Shown: positions 30,757-40,952, counted from the first letter of the stretch. The stretch: DNA of 64,000 nt from a bacterium (GCA_004560375.1 SFVC01000012.1:9542-73541), one strand, 5' to 3'. Notes: generated from the sequence alone by a model not told the origin. Numbers and translations are program-made.

Positions 30757-31985
30757 GGCGGCCGGAGTTTTCCCCCAAGCAGCGGGTGGTGCTGGACTGG
30801 TGGAGGGACGGGCGGTACGACGCCGTGATCTGCGACGGGGCGGTGCGGTCGGGGAAAACCTTTGCCCTGAGCGTGTCCTTTTTTCTGTGGGCCATGGCCC
30901 GGTTCCAGAGGCAGAGGTTCGGGCTGTGCGCCGGGTCGATTGCCGGGGTGCGGCGGAACCTGCTGGCTCAGGCCAGGCCCGTGCTCACCGGGCTGGGGTT
31001 CCGGTGGGAGGAGGTTGTGAGCCGAAACGAGGTCACCCTGCGGGGCGGGGGACGGGAGAATACCTTTTACCTCTACGGCGGACGGGACGAGGGGAGCTTT
31101 GCCTCCATCCAGGGGATCACGCTGGCGGGGGCGCTGCTGGACGAGGCGGCGCTGATGCCCCGATCCTTTGTGGAGCAGGCGGCGGCCCGGTGCTCCGTGC
31201 GGGGCGGGCTGGTGTGGTTCTCCTGCAACCCGGCGGGGCCGGAGCACTGGTTTTATAAAGAGTGGATCTGCAAGGCGGAGGAGAAGCGGGCGCTCTACCT
31301 GCGCTTCACCATGGAGGACAACCCGGCGCTGGCGCCGGCGGTGCGGGAGCGGTATGAGCGGATGTTCCGGGGGGCCTTTTACCGGCGGTATGTGCTGGGG
31401 GAGTGGGCGGCGGCGGAGGGGCTGGTGTATGACTTCTTTGACGCGGACGCTATGCCGCCGGCCCCGGCGGGGCCGTTTGCCCGGTGGCGGATCTCCTGCG
31501 ACTATGGGACGAGAAATCCGGCTTCCTTCGGGCTGTGGGGGGAGCTGGATGGGATCTGGTACCGGGTGCGGGAGTTTTACTATGACGCGCGGCAGGAGGG
31601 ACGGCAGAAAACCGATGGGGAATACGCGGAGGAACTGAAAAATTTGGCGGGGGGACGTTGCATCGAAACGGTCATCGTAGACCCCTCGGCGGCCAGCTTT
31701 ATCGAGACACTGCGGCGGGAGGGCTGGAGCGTGCGGAAGGCGGACAACCGGGTGCTGGAGGGCATCCGGAGGACGGCCACGGCGCTGAAAACCGGGCGGA
31801 TTGTGATCTGCCGGGAGTGCGGGGCGGCGGCCCGGGAGTTCAGGCTGTACCGCTGGGAGGAGAGCGGGGACGGCGATCAGGTGCGGAAGGAAAACGATCA
31901 CGCCATGGATGAGATCCGGTATTTTGTGATGGCCATGGACACGGGGGAACGGGCGGCGCGGTTCGTGGAGCGGGCTGTGTTTTGA
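30753..31985 (+). CDS. Terminase large subunit (PBSX XtmB-like)
   Basis: Walker A GAVRSGKT, Walker B ALLDE, motif III SCNP, nuclease SCDYG, VDPSA, DHAMDEIRY all intact. Confidence 0.92.
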   Translation: MRRPEFSPKQRVVLDWWRDGRYDAVICDGAVRSGKTFALSVSFFLWAMARFQRQRFGLCAGSIAGVRRNLLAQARPVLTGLGFRWEEVVSRNEVTLRGGGRENTFYLYGGRDEGSFASIQGITLAGALLDEAALMPRSFVEQAAARCSVRGGLVWFSCNPAGPEHWFYKEWICKAEEKRALYLRFTMEDNPALAPAVRERYERMFRGAFYRRYVLGEWAAAEGLVYDFFDADAMPPAPAGPFARWRISCDYGTRNPASFGLWGELDGIWYRVREFYYDARQEGRQKTDGEYAEELKNLAGGRCIETVIVDPSAASFIETLRREGWSVRKADNRVLEGIRRTATALKTGRIVICRECGAAAREFRLYRWEESGDGDQVRKENDHAMDEIRYFVMAMDTGERAARFVERAVF

Positions 31986-32056
31986 GCACCGATTGTGGAG
32001 GGGAAATGCCCTGAAAGGGGATTTCTATAACTTTTTGGAACGAAAGGAGAAGGAGT

Positions 32057-32440
32057 ATGGATATCTGTTTCGAGGGCGTGGGCCAGACGGCCGCCACCTT
32101 CCAGGCCGGGGAGGGCGTGAAGCCGGGCATGGCGGTCACCATGACGGGCAACGGCGCCGTGGGCCTGGGCAGCGACGGGGCGCTGCCCTGCGGCGTGGTG
32201 CTGGGCGGCGTGCGGGACGGCGCGGCGGCGGTGCAGATCGGCGGGGCCGCTGAGGTGGCCTATTCCGGGGACACCGCGCCCACGGCGGGCTGGCAGGAGC
32301 TGGTGCTGGACGGCGCGGGCGGCGTCAGACTGGCGGACAAGACCGCGGATCAGGCCGCCGGCAAGACCGCCGAGAGCGGTCTGCACTGCCTGGTGCTGAC
32401 GGTGGACACCACGGCGAAAACCGCCGTGGTGTGTATGTGA
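32057..32440 (+). CDS. Probable head decoration/cement protein
   Basis: 127-aa Gly/Ala/Val-rich, beta-like protein immediately upstream of the capsid gene; strong AAGGAG SD. Confidence 0.55.
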   Translation: MDICFEGVGQTAATFQAGEGVKPGMAVTMTGNGAVGLGSDGALPCGVVLGGVRDGAAAVQIGGAAEVAYSGDTAPTAGWQELVLDGAGGVRLADKTADQAAGKTAESGLHCLVLTVDTTAKTAVVCM

Positions 32441-32456
32441 GACGGGAAAGGGAGGA

Positions 32457-33473
32457 ATGGATATGGCGCAGAGATTTGACGGTCTGAGGCTGGAAAAGGG
32501 GATGTACCACGAGGCGGGCAAGTCCTTCACCCAGGTGCTGGAGAATCTGGATCCCAGCGAGCAGTACCGGGGCACCGCCCTGGAAGGGCTGGACGCCTAC
32601 CAGCGGCAGCTCAAGCGGTTCGACATCCGGGTGAAGGGCGCGGGCTCCGACCTGGTGGACAAGTTTTTCTCCACCAGCCAGTCGGCGGTGCTGTTCCCCG
32701 AGTACATCGCCCGGGCGGTGAAGGCGGGGATGGAGGAGGCCAATATCCTCCCCGAGATCACCGCCACCGAGACCCTCATCGAGGGGATGGACTACCGATC
32801 CATCACCTCCGTGCCCGAGGACGAGAAAAAGCTCAAGGAGGTGGCCGAGGGGGCGGCAATCCCCCAGACCACAGTCCGCACCCGGGACAGCCTGGTGAAG
32901 CTCCACAAGCGGGGCAGGGTGCTGGTGGCCTCCTATGAGGCCATCCGGTTCCAGAAGCTGGATCTGTTCTCCGTCACCCTGCGACAGATCGGAGCCCAGA
33001 TCGGACGGATGCACCTGGAGGATGCCATCCATGTGATTGTGAATGGCGACGGCAACAACAACGCCGCCAAAACCAGCGCCGTTGCCACGGCGGGCAAGCT
33101 CACCTACGCGGATCTGGTGGCGTTCTGGAACAGCTTTGAGCCCTATCAGCTCAATACGCTGCTGGTGGGCGCCGACACCATGCCCAAGCTGCTGGAGATG
33201 AGCCAGATGCAGGACGCCGCGGCCGGCCTGGACTTCCACGGCACCGGCAAGCTCATCACCCCCATGGGCGCCAGGGTGCTGCGTACCTCCGCCGTCACCG
33301 GGGGCAAGATCATCGGCTTGGACAAGAACTACGCCCTGGAGATGGTGAAGGCCGGGGACGTGATGGTGGAGTACGACAAGATCATCGACCGGCAGCTGGA
33401 GCGGGCCGCCATCACCACCATCTCCGGCTATGCCAAGATCTTTGAGGACGCCAGCCGGGTGCTGACCGTCTGA
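32457..33473 (+). CDS. Major capsid protein (HK97-fold expected)
   Basis: 338 aa; VLFPEYI, EVAEGAAIP, KRGRVLVASYEAI patterns typical of HK97-like capsids; strong GGGAGG SD; more C-ending codons than its neighbours. Confidence 0.85.
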   Translation: MDMAQRFDGLRLEKGMYHEAGKSFTQVLENLDPSEQYRGTALEGLDAYQRQLKRFDIRVKGAGSDLVDKFFSTSQSAVLFPEYIARAVKAGMEEANILPEITATETLIEGMDYRSITSVPEDEKKLKEVAEGAAIPQTTVRTRDSLVKLHKRGRVLVASYEAIRFQKLDLFSVTLRQIGAQIGRMHLEDAIHVIVNGDGNNNAAKTSAVATAGKLTYADLVAFWNSFEPYQLNTLLVGADTMPKLLEMSQMQDAAAGLDFHGTGKLITPMGARVLRTSAVTGGKIIGLDKNYALEMVKAGDVMVEYDKIIDRQLERAAITTISGYAKIFEDASRVLTV

Positions 33474-34621
33474 TGAGCGGGCGCAGGCGAGACACGGGGC
33501 GGGGAGCGGCGGCTGCCGCCGCCCAGCTCCGGGACGCGGGCCGGCACCCCTTTTTGCAGCTGGACGGGTACGTGCCCCTGGGACGGGGGGAGATCGCCCT
33601 GTACCGGGCCATCCGGGAGGGGGTGCCGGTGGTGGACGCGGCCATCTGCAAGCTGGTGCGGCTGTGCGGCGGGGCCAGGGTGACCTGCCGGGATCCCAAG
33701 GCCCAGGAGGGGCTGGATCGGTTCCTTCGCACGGTGAGCGTGGGCCGGGGACAGCGGGGGCTCCAGGCCTTTCTGGATCAGTACCTGGACTCCATGCTGG
33801 TGTGCGGCAGGGCGGTGGGCGAGCTGGTGCCCAGCCGGGACGGGCGGGATATCGCCGCGCTGCTGTGCGCCGACCCGGCTAGGGTGGAGATCAAGGAGGG
33901 GGACAGCCCACTGGACATCACCCTGTGGGCCAGGGACAGCGGCGGAACGATCCGGGAACTGCCCCGGCAGGAGCTGCTGCTGTTCACCCCCTTCCAGCCG
34001 GAGACGGGGTCTCCCTACGGCGTGTCCATGCTGCGCTCCATGCCCTTTTTGGCGGAGATTTTGATGAAGATCTTTGACGCGGTGGGCAAGAACTGGGAGC
34101 GGATGGGCAATGTGCGCTTCGCCGTGGTGTGCAAAGGCGAGGACGGCACGGCCCGGGATCGGTGCAATACGGTGGCCCGGGAGTGGTCCGCCGCCATGCA
34201 GGCCGGCCGGGACGGGGCCGTGCGGGACTTCGTGTGCGCCGGGGATGTGGACATACGCGCCATCGGGGCGGACAACCAGATCCTGGATTCCGAGGTGCCG
34301 GTGCGGCAGATCCTGGAGCAGCTGGTGGCCAAGACCGGGATTCCGCCCTTTTTGCTGGGGCTGAGTTGGTCGTCCACCGAGCGGATGAGCTCCCAGCAGG
34401 CGGACATTATGACAAGCGAGATCACCGCCATCCGCCGGGGGCTGGAGCCGGTGGTGGAGCGGATCTGCGAGCTGTGGCTGCGGCTGAAGGGGTTCGACGA
34501 CCGGGTGGAGGTGGACTGGCTGGACGTGAATTTGCAGGACGAGGAGTCGGAGGCCAAGGCGGCGCTGTACCGGGCGCAGGCCCGGGCGCTGGAGGAGGAG
34601 CGTGAAGATGGAACTCTGTAA
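33473..34621 (+). CDS. Portal protein
   Basis: 382 aa; YRAIREGVPVVDAAI, SPYGVSML, TGIPPFLLG. Confidence 0.8.
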   Translation: MSGRRRDTGRGAAAAAAQLRDAGRHPFLQLDGYVPLGRGEIALYRAIREGVPVVDAAICKLVRLCGGARVTCRDPKAQEGLDRFLRTVSVGRGQRGLQAFLDQYLDSMLVCGRAVGELVPSRDGRDIAALLCADPARVEIKEGDSPLDITLWARDSGGTIRELPRQELLLFTPFQPETGSPYGVSMLRSMPFLAEILMKIFDAVGKNWERMGNVRFAVVCKGEDGTARDRCNTVAREWSAAMQAGRDGAVRDFVCAGDVDIRAIGADNQILDSEVPVRQILEQLVAKTGIPPFLLGLSWSSTERMSSQQADIMTSEITAIRRGLEPVVERICELWLRLKGFDDRVEVDWLDVNLQDEESEAKAALYRAQARALEEEREDGTL

Positions 34622-35477
34622 GGAAGCGGCGGTGAAGGGGATCGGCACCCCAAACCAGGAGGAGCTGGGGCTGATCAACGCCCTGGCCCGGCGGGAGCTG
34701 GGGGCGGACGAGGTGTACACATTCGCCCTGCGGCTGTGCGACAACGACATCGACCGGGATTGGGAGCGGTTTGACGACGCCACGCTGGAACAGCTGGCCC
34801 CTATGTTCGTGGGGGCGTCCGGGGTGTTCGATCACCAGTGGAGCGCCCGGGGGCAGACCGCCCGGATCTACCGGGCGGAGGTGGTGGGCGGAGAGGGCCT
34901 GCTCACCTCCGACGGGCGGCCCTACCGCTTTTTGAAGGGATGGGCCTACCTGATGCGGACGGCGGAGAACGCCGCCCTCATCGCCGAGATCGACGGCGGC
35001 ATCAAGCGGGAGGTCAGCGTGGGCTGCGCGGTGGAACGGGTGGTCTGCTCCGTCTGCGGCCAGGAGCTGGACGGGTGCCCCCACGAGAAGGGGGAGGAGT
35101 ATGACGGTCAGGTGTGCCACGGGGTGCTCACCGGGGCCAAGGACGTGTACGAGTGGTCCTTTGTGGCGGTGCCCGCCCAGCGGCGGGCCGGGGTGATCAA
35201 GAGCGCCGGGGCGCGGCTGGAGGACGAGGCGCGGCTGGGGCGGAAGTATCTGAAAGGCCTGCGGGCCGAGCTGGTGCGGCTGGCGGGCATCGCCGAACCG
35301 GAGCTGGAGCACGGACTGCTGGAAAAGGTGGCCGGCAAGCTGGGCGAGGAGGAGCTGGCGGGGCTGATCCGGGTGTACCGGGGGAGGGCGGATCGGCTGC
35401 TGGCGCCCGGGCCCCAGCTGAGCTATGGACAGGAGGAGGTTCCGGAGGGGATCGCGGACGGGGCCTTCCTCATTTAG
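34608..35477 (+). CDS. Prohead maturation protease (HK97-type) with a zinc-ribbon insert
   Basis: DRDWERF, FDH, EVSVG, YEWSFVAVPA; CSVC...CPH...C insert; helical C-terminal extension. Confidence 0.78.
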   Translation: MELCKEAAVKGIGTPNQEELGLINALARRELGADEVYTFALRLCDNDIDRDWERFDDATLEQLAPMFVGASGVFDHQWSARGQTARIYRAEVVGGEGLLTSDGRPYRFLKGWAYLMRTAENAALIAEIDGGIKREVSVGCAVERVVCSVCGQELDGCPHEKGEEYDGQVCHGVLTGAKDVYEWSFVAVPAQRRAGVIKSAGARLEDEARLGRKYLKGLRAELVRLAGIAEPELEHGLLEKVAGKLGEEELAGLIRVYRGRADRLLAPGPQLSYGQEEVPEGIADGAFLI

Positions 35478-35489
35478 GAGCGTGAGCGG

Positions 35490-35840
35490 ATGACGGAGGA
35501 AGTGCTGGAGCTGGTGCAGGCGCTGCGGGGGCCGGGGACGGACGAGACGGTGCTGCGTACCCTGTGCGGGAGCGCCTGCGGGGCGCTGGATCGGCGGCTG
35601 AAGGACGGGGTGTGTCCGGAGGACTGCGGAGGGCTCTACCCGGTGGCGGCGGCGTGGCTGGTGATGGACTGGCTGAACCAGTGCCAGGGAATGGACGGGA
35701 TCACGGCGCTGTCCGCCGGGGATATCTCCGTCCGCCGGGAGGGGGGCGGCGAGGTTGGGAAGCTGTCGGAGCGGGCCATGGAGCTGATGGCCCCCTTCCT
35801 GGAGGATGACGGGTTTGTGTTTCGGGGGGTGAGCGGTTGA
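35490..35840 (+). CDS. Head-tail connector/adaptor
   Basis: 116 aa helical with SAGDISV hairpin motif and LMAPFL end; position. Confidence 0.6.
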   Translation: MTEEVLELVQALRGPGTDETVLRTLCGSACGALDRRLKDGVCPEDCGGLYPVAAAWLVMDWLNQCQGMDGITALSAGDISVRREGGGEVGKLSERAMELMAPFLEDDGFVFRGVSG

Positions 35841-36172
35841 TCGAGGCGTTCGATTGGGTGATCAGAACCTATGGACAGGAGATGGTGTGCCGCCGGGAGG
35901 ACGGCACGGAGGCCGGACGGGGTATGGCCATCGTGCAGCCCATGACAAAGGCGGACTGGCAGTATACCGGCGGGGCGCTGGGCAGCTTCTCCCAGGATCG
36001 GTTCCTGGGGCTGGCGGAGCCGAAAACGCCGCTGGACAAGCTGGGGCCCGGGGGCTGGCTGGAATGGGGCGGACAGCGGTTTGAGGTGATGACCGTGCGG
36101 CCCGTCTGGGTGGGGGGTCAGGTGACCCACCTGTGGCTGGCCCTGCGGCCCTGCCCGGAGGACGGGGCTTGA
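35837..36172 (+). CDS. Head-closure (stopper) protein
   Basis: 111 aa beta-rich, WLEWGGQRFEV; position. Confidence 0.55.
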   Translation: MIEAFDWVIRTYGQEMVCRREDGTEAGRGMAIVQPMTKADWQYTGGALGSFSQDRFLGLAEPKTPLDKLGPGGWLEWGGQRFEVMTVRPVWVGGQVTHLWLALRPCPEDGA

Positions 36173-36669
36173 CCGGGGCGCTGGGCCGCTGGCGAACGGC
36201 GGTGATGGAGCAGCTGCGGGCTGCGGGGCTGGAGTCGGTGGAGGCCATGGGGCCGGAGCGGGCGGCTCGGGTTCGGGGGCCGGTGGCGGCGGTGGCGCTG
36301 GCCGGGGCGGCCTGCGGCGCAGGAGGGTTTCAGGACTATCTGGGCGCCGAGGAGACCCAGGGCGGCGGACGCCGGGAGGTGTACGGACGCTGGGTGGAGC
36401 TGACGCTGCGGGTGGATGTGTTCGCCCCCAGGGACGGGGGCGCCCCCGCCTGCCGCGCCGCGGCGGAACAGGCGGCGGAGGAGCTGCTGTTCCGGGGGGC
36501 GGCGGGACTGCCCGTGGCGGAGCTGACGGCGGGAGAGACGGAGTTTTTGGAGCGGGACGGACTGTACCGGCTGGCGGTGGGCTGCCGGTGCGGGGCGTGG
36601 CTGACGGCCCGGGCCGACGAGGAGACCGGGACGCTGACAGACTTTGAAGTGAGGGGGACGATGAGATGA
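36169..36669 (+). CDS. Tail terminator/neck protein
   Basis: TTG start overlapping the upstream stop; LTLRVDVFAP; sits just before the sheath. Confidence 0.5.
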   Translation: MTGALGRWRTAVMEQLRAAGLESVEAMGPERAARVRGPVAAVALAGAACGAGGFQDYLGAEETQGGGRREVYGRWVELTLRVDVFAPRDGGAPACRAAAEQAAEELLFRGAAGLPVAELTAGETEFLERDGLYRLAVGCRCGAWLTARADEETGTLTDFEVRGTMR

Positions 36670-37700
36670 GCGCAGGGACTAAGCACGAGCGGCCGGGGGT
36701 GTATTCCTCCTATGAGACCTCCGGGCTGACGGCGGCCAACGCCGGCGGCGGCCGGGTGGCGGTGATTGCCGCCGCCGGGGAGACGGACGCGGGGAAGTGC
36801 TTCCAGTGGACCAGCTACAGCCGGGCGGCGGCAGACGTGGGCGACTGCGCCCTGAGCCGGCTGGCGCGGCTAGCCCTCCGCAACGGCGCGGGGACGGTGT
36901 ACGGCGCGGCGGCGGGGACGGACTACACCGACGCCATTGAGGCGGTGGGTAAGCTGGAGAACGTGGACGTGGTGGTGTGCGACAGCACGGTGCTGTCCGT
37001 CCAGCAGAAGGTGAAAACCATGGTGACGGAGTGCTCCGCCGCCCGGAAGGAGCGCATCGCCGTGGTGGGCGGCGCGGCGGAGGAGACGGTGGAGCAGCTC
37101 ACGGAACGGGCCGCGGGGCTCAACTGCGAGCGGGTGGTGCTGGTGGCCCCCGGTATGGGGGACGGTTCCGGCGGGGCGGCCTGCGCCGCCGCCGTGGCGG
37201 GGGCCATCGCGGGCAACAGCGACCCGGCCCTGCCCCTGGGGGGCGCGGAGCTCTACGGGCTGGACGGGCTGGAGTGCAGCTATGACGACGGCGAGATCGA
37301 CGCGCTGGTGCAGGGGGGCGTGACGGCGCTGGAGACGCTGGCGGGCTCCTGCTATGTGGTGCGGGGGGTGACCACCCGAACCACCACCGGCGGGGCGGCG
37401 GACACGTCCTGGCGGGAACTGACCACCATTCTGGTGGTGGACGAGGTGATCCCGGGGCTGCGAAACGCCCTGCGCGCCCGGTTCAGCAGGGCCAAAAACA
37501 CCACCCAGACCCGGGGGGCCATCCGCTCCCAGACGGTGATGGAGCTGGAGAAGCGGGTGGCCCGGGAGATCATCGACGGGTACGAGGACGTGACGGTGAC
37601 GGCGCTGGAGGACGACCCCACGGTGTGTCTGGTGGAGTTCGCCTTTACGGTGGCCCACGGGCTCAACCAGGTGTGGCTGTCGGCACACATCACGGTTTAA
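36666..37700 (+). CDS. Contractile tail sheath protein
   Basis: N-terminal RPGVY, AAAVAGAIAG, LVQGGVTAL, VVRGVTT, C-terminal sheath domain. Confidence 0.88.
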   Translation: MSAGTKHERPGVYSSYETSGLTAANAGGGRVAVIAAAGETDAGKCFQWTSYSRAAADVGDCALSRLARLALRNGAGTVYGAAAGTDYTDAIEAVGKLENVDVVVCDSTVLSVQQKVKTMVTECSAARKERIAVVGGAAEETVEQLTERAAGLNCERVVLVAPGMGDGSGGAACAAAVAGAIAGNSDPALPLGGAELYGLDGLECSYDDGEIDALVQGGVTALETLAGSCYVVRGVTTRTTTGGAADTSWRELTTILVVDEVIPGLRNALRARFSRAKNTTQTRGAIRSQTVMELEKRVAREIIDGYEDVTVTALEDDPTVCLVEFAFTVAHGLNQVWLSAHITV

Positions 37701-37713
37701 AGGGGGAATTTGA

Positions 37714-38124
37714 ATGGCAGGGTTTAACACGGGGCTGCGGGCGGCGGGCTTCCCCACCAGCAGCGACATCTGGCTGGAGGTGGACGGGCAGAAGGTGGCG
37801 GTGGTGCAGGGCTATTCCTGCAAGGCCAGCCGCACGTCCATGACGGTGGAGGCCTTCGGCGAGGACGAGCCGGTGGCCACGGTGCAGGGGCCCCAGAGCT
37901 ATGTGATCCAGCTCACCCGGCTGTACGCCACCGATCAGGCGCTGGCGGACGGGCTGAATTTCTACGACCTGAAGAATTTTTCCCTGGTGATCTGCAAGCC
38001 GGATCGGAAGGTGATCTACTCCGACTGCCAGTGGAGCGGCATCGAGGAGGACGCCCAGCTGGGCAAAACCGTGGTGGAGAAGCTCACCCTGGTGGCCGGC
38101 CGCCGGATGGAGACGGCGGCTTAA
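37714..38124 (+). CDS. Tail tube protein
   Basis: 136 aa beta-rich, directly after the sheath. Confidence 0.72.
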   Translation: MAGFNTGLRAAGFPTSSDIWLEVDGQKVAVVQGYSCKASRTSMTVEAFGEDEPVATVQGPQSYVIQLTRLYATDQALADGLNFYDLKNFSLVICKPDRKVIYSDCQWSGIEEDAQLGKTVVEKLTLVAGRRMETAA

Positions 38125-38756
38125 ATGGGCGGGCCGGTGTGGATGGGACAGGAGCGGGTGAGGGTTCCCGAAGGGGAGCTGCGGCTGCTGTCCGCCCGGG
38201 AGGTGCTGGACGCCCGCCGGGAGGGAGACGCCCTGGCCGGGGACGGGGGCGGGCGGGCGCTGTGCCGCAACGCCTGCCTCCTGGCCCGGGCGCTGGAGCG
38301 GAAGGGGCGGCCCGTGTTCGACAGCGGGCGGGCCGTGCTGGACGCTCTGCGGGTGGAGGACATCGCCCGGCTGGCGGACGCCTGGGGGGCGTTCAACCGG
38401 GAGGCCAACCCCTCCCCCCTGGACGGGGAGGAGGAGATCCGGCGGCGAAAAAAAGGCTGGAGCACGCGCCTTATGAGCGCCTTCAGTGGCGCGTGCTCCG
38501 GCTGTTCGGCGCTCTGCCCACGGAGGAACGGGCGAAACGGATGACCGACCGGGACTTCCTGTGGTGCGCCCTCAACCTGGCTCTTGACCGGGAGGAAGAG
38601 CTGGGACGGCTGTGCCCCGCCTGCCGGGAGCGGGCGGAGGCGGAGCCCTGCCCGGTGTGCGGCGCGCCCCGGGGGGAGTGGGCGGTCAACGAGGGGTTTG
38701 ACTGGAAGCGGTATGAGGAATTGAAGGGGGGGCGGGACGATGACGGATTGGATTGA
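38125..38756 (+). CDS. Tail assembly chaperone pair (short form 38125-38544; -1 frameshifted long form to 38756)
   Basis: Slippery A AAA AAA at 38448-38454 in frame (CGA AAA AAA GGC); the -1 frame continues RLEHAPYERLQWRVL... to TGA 38756. Confidence 0.75.
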
Positions 38757-39357
38757 GCGGATGCTGGGTGAGGACGACGAGGAAGAAGCGGAGGACGAGG
38801 AGCGGCCCGCCCTGGACGGGACGGCGGAGGTACGCCGCCCGGCGCCGCCCCGGGAGGACGGGGCGGAGGATGAGTTGGAGCCGGAAGCGGAGCCGGAGGA
38901 GGCGCCGGAATGGAAGCCGGGGTACGGGAAGCAGGACGCCGCGCCGGAGGCTTTGGGCGGGACGGACTGGGCCGGGCTGAGGACGGACGGGACGGACTGG
39001 GCAAGGTGGACGGCGGAGGCCGGGTTGGACGCGATAGCTCCGGAGTGGGCGCGGGAGGCGGCCGAAGCGGGCCGAAAGCTGGGCGGAGATCTGGAGAACG
39101 GGCCGGAGGCGGCGGGAGCGGGTTCGCCGGGGCCGGCGCGGAAGCCGGACAGGGGAGGCTCCGCCGCGCTGATGGAGCTGTACCGGGGGGCGGCGGAGGG
39201 AGCGCGGGCCCCTGCCCCCGCCCTGGCCCGGTCGGAGGCGCCCCGGACGGTGCTGGAACGGGAGGCGGCCGGGGCACCGCCGCTGACGGTGGAGGAGCTG
39301 GATCGGGCCGTGCGGCGGGACAGCAGGCGGTATGACGGCGGGATGAGTATTTTCTGA
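38740..39357 (+). CDS. Acidic low-complexity protein in the tape-measure position
   Basis: 205 aa, E/D/A/P/G-rich with short W-containing repeats (GTDWAG, GTDWAR); C-terminal LDRAVRRDSRRYDGG. Confidence 0.55.
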   Translation: MTDWIERMLGEDDEEEAEDEERPALDGTAEVRRPAPPREDGAEDELEPEAEPEEAPEWKPGYGKQDAAPEALGGTDWAGLRTDGTDWARWTAEAGLDAIAPEWAREAAEAGRKLGGDLENGPEAAGAGSPGPARKPDRGGSAALMELYRGAAEGARAPAPALARSEAPRTVLEREAAGAPPLTVEELDRAVRRDSRRYDGGMSIF

Positions 39358-39423
39358 GGAGACGTGGAAAAGCGGCCGAACGCCTTGGCCGCTTCGGAGC
39401 GTGACAAGAGGGGAGGATGCGGG

Positions 39424-40002
39424 ATGATTCTTTCTCCCATGCGGTTTAAGAATTTTGTGTGGCCCCATAACCCGCGGGTGTACTCCATCACCTACGAGCG
39501 GAAGATCGCGGTGCACAAGATCCCCTTCGGGCGGCATTATTTGCAGAGCCTGGGGCAGACGCGCCGGGTGCTCCGGGGGGAGGGGGAGTTCGTGGGCGAG
39601 GGGGCCTACGACACCTTCAAGGAGCTGGCCACCGTGTTCTATGAGGAGACGCCGGGGGTGCTGGCCCATCCGGTGTGGATGACCACCACGGCCTGGTTCG
39701 CGGGGCTGGAGCTGCGGCAGGAGCCCCGGCGGGACTATGTGGCCTACTCCTTTGAGTTCTGGGAGGTCATGACCGACGGGAACAACGGGGAATTGGAGCG
39801 CCGGACAACGGCCAAGCCGGGGACGGGGACGGGGACGGCGGATACGGGCCAGGGGACGCTGTGGCACACGGTGGTTCGGGGGGACACCCTCTGGGGGATC
39901 GCGCGGAAATACGGGGTGGCGCTGAACCGGATCATTGCCCTGAACCCGGACATCCGGAACCCCAACCTGATCTATCCGGGACAGAGGGTGAGAATTTCAT
40001 GA
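39424..40002 (+). CDS. LysM-domain tail-tube initiator/baseplate protein (XkdP-like)
   Basis: C-terminal LysM HTVVRGDTLWGIARKYG...NPNLIYPGQRVRI. Confidence 0.85.
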   Translation: MILSPMRFKNFVWPHNPRVYSITYERKIAVHKIPFGRHYLQSLGQTRRVLRGEGEFVGEGAYDTFKELATVFYEETPGVLAHPVWMTTTAWFAGLELRQEPRRDYVAYSFEFWEVMTDGNNGELERRTTAKPGTGTGTADTGQGTLWHTVVRGDTLWGIARKYGVALNRIIALNPDIRNPNLIYPGQRVRIS

Positions 40003-40952
40003 TGGAGTGCTGGGTGAGGCTGGGCGACGGGCAGGAGTGGAAGCTGCCCACGGCGGTGGGGTGGACGTTCCGCTATGGGACGGATACGCCCTGCGACAGC
40101 TTTTCCCTGCGGTGCCTGTGGGACAAGGGGCAGGAAAAGCTGCTGTCCGGCGCCTGCCGGTTCTTCGCCGAGTGGGACGGCGAGCGGGTGTTCACCGGGG
40201 TGGTGGACGAGTTCGCCGTGGTGTGCGGCGGGGACGGGCTGCGCCTGGAGCTGGAGGGCCGGGGGATGGCGGCGCTGCTGCTGGACAACGAGGCCATGCC
40301 GGCGGAGTACCAGCGGTGTACCCGGGCGGATCTCATCGCCAACCACGTGGCGCCCTACGGGGTGGAGGCCCTGGGGGGCGGCGGGCTGTCCCCCGTCAGC
40401 GGCTTCACCGTGGGCAGCGGGGAGAGCGAATGGAGCGTGGTGCGGCGGTTCGCCCGCTATTACGGCGGGGTGACGCCCCGGTTTGACCGGCAGGGGCGGC
40501 TGGTGCTGGATCCCTATGGGGACAGGCTGGCGGCCCAGATCGGCGGAAAGGACAGGATCACGGGCTGGGAGTACCGGGAGGATCGGCACGGGGTGCTCAG
40601 CCGGGTGGCGGTACGGCGGCGCACCACCTGGGGCACCCAGTGGGTGTCCGATCCGGCGTTTCTCGCCCAGGGGGGCTGCGCCCGCAGGGTGATCACGGTG
40701 CCCAACACCACGGGCACCACCGCCATGCGGTATACGGCGGACTATCAGCTCCGGGCGGCGCGGCGGGAGCGGGTGCGCCTGCGGCTCACGGTGGCCGGGG
40801 GCTTCCTGGCCTGGCCGGGGGAGCTGGTGGACGTGGAGCTGGAGGGCTTCGGGGCCAACGGACGCTACCGGGCGGCCCAGGTCGAGGTGAACTGCGGGGC
40901 GGACGGGCTCAGCACCACCCTGGCGCTGGGGGAGCCGGACGCGATGATTTGA
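39999..40952 (+). CDS. Baseplate hub (XkdQ/Mu gp44-like)
   Basis: VFTGVVDE, LEGRGMAALLLD, GESEWS; position. Confidence 0.72.
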   Translation: MMECWVRLGDGQEWKLPTAVGWTFRYGTDTPCDSFSLRCLWDKGQEKLLSGACRFFAEWDGERVFTGVVDEFAVVCGGDGLRLELEGRGMAALLLDNEAMPAEYQRCTRADLIANHVAPYGVEALGGGGLSPVSGFTVGSGESEWSVVRRFARYYGGVTPRFDRQGRLVLDPYGDRLAAQIGGKDRITGWEYREDRHGVLSRVAVRRRTTWGTQWVSDPAFLAQGGCARRVITVPNTTGTTAMRYTADYQLRAARRERVRLRLTVAGGFLAWPGELVDVELEGFGANGRYRAAQVEVNCGADGLSTTLALGEPDAMI

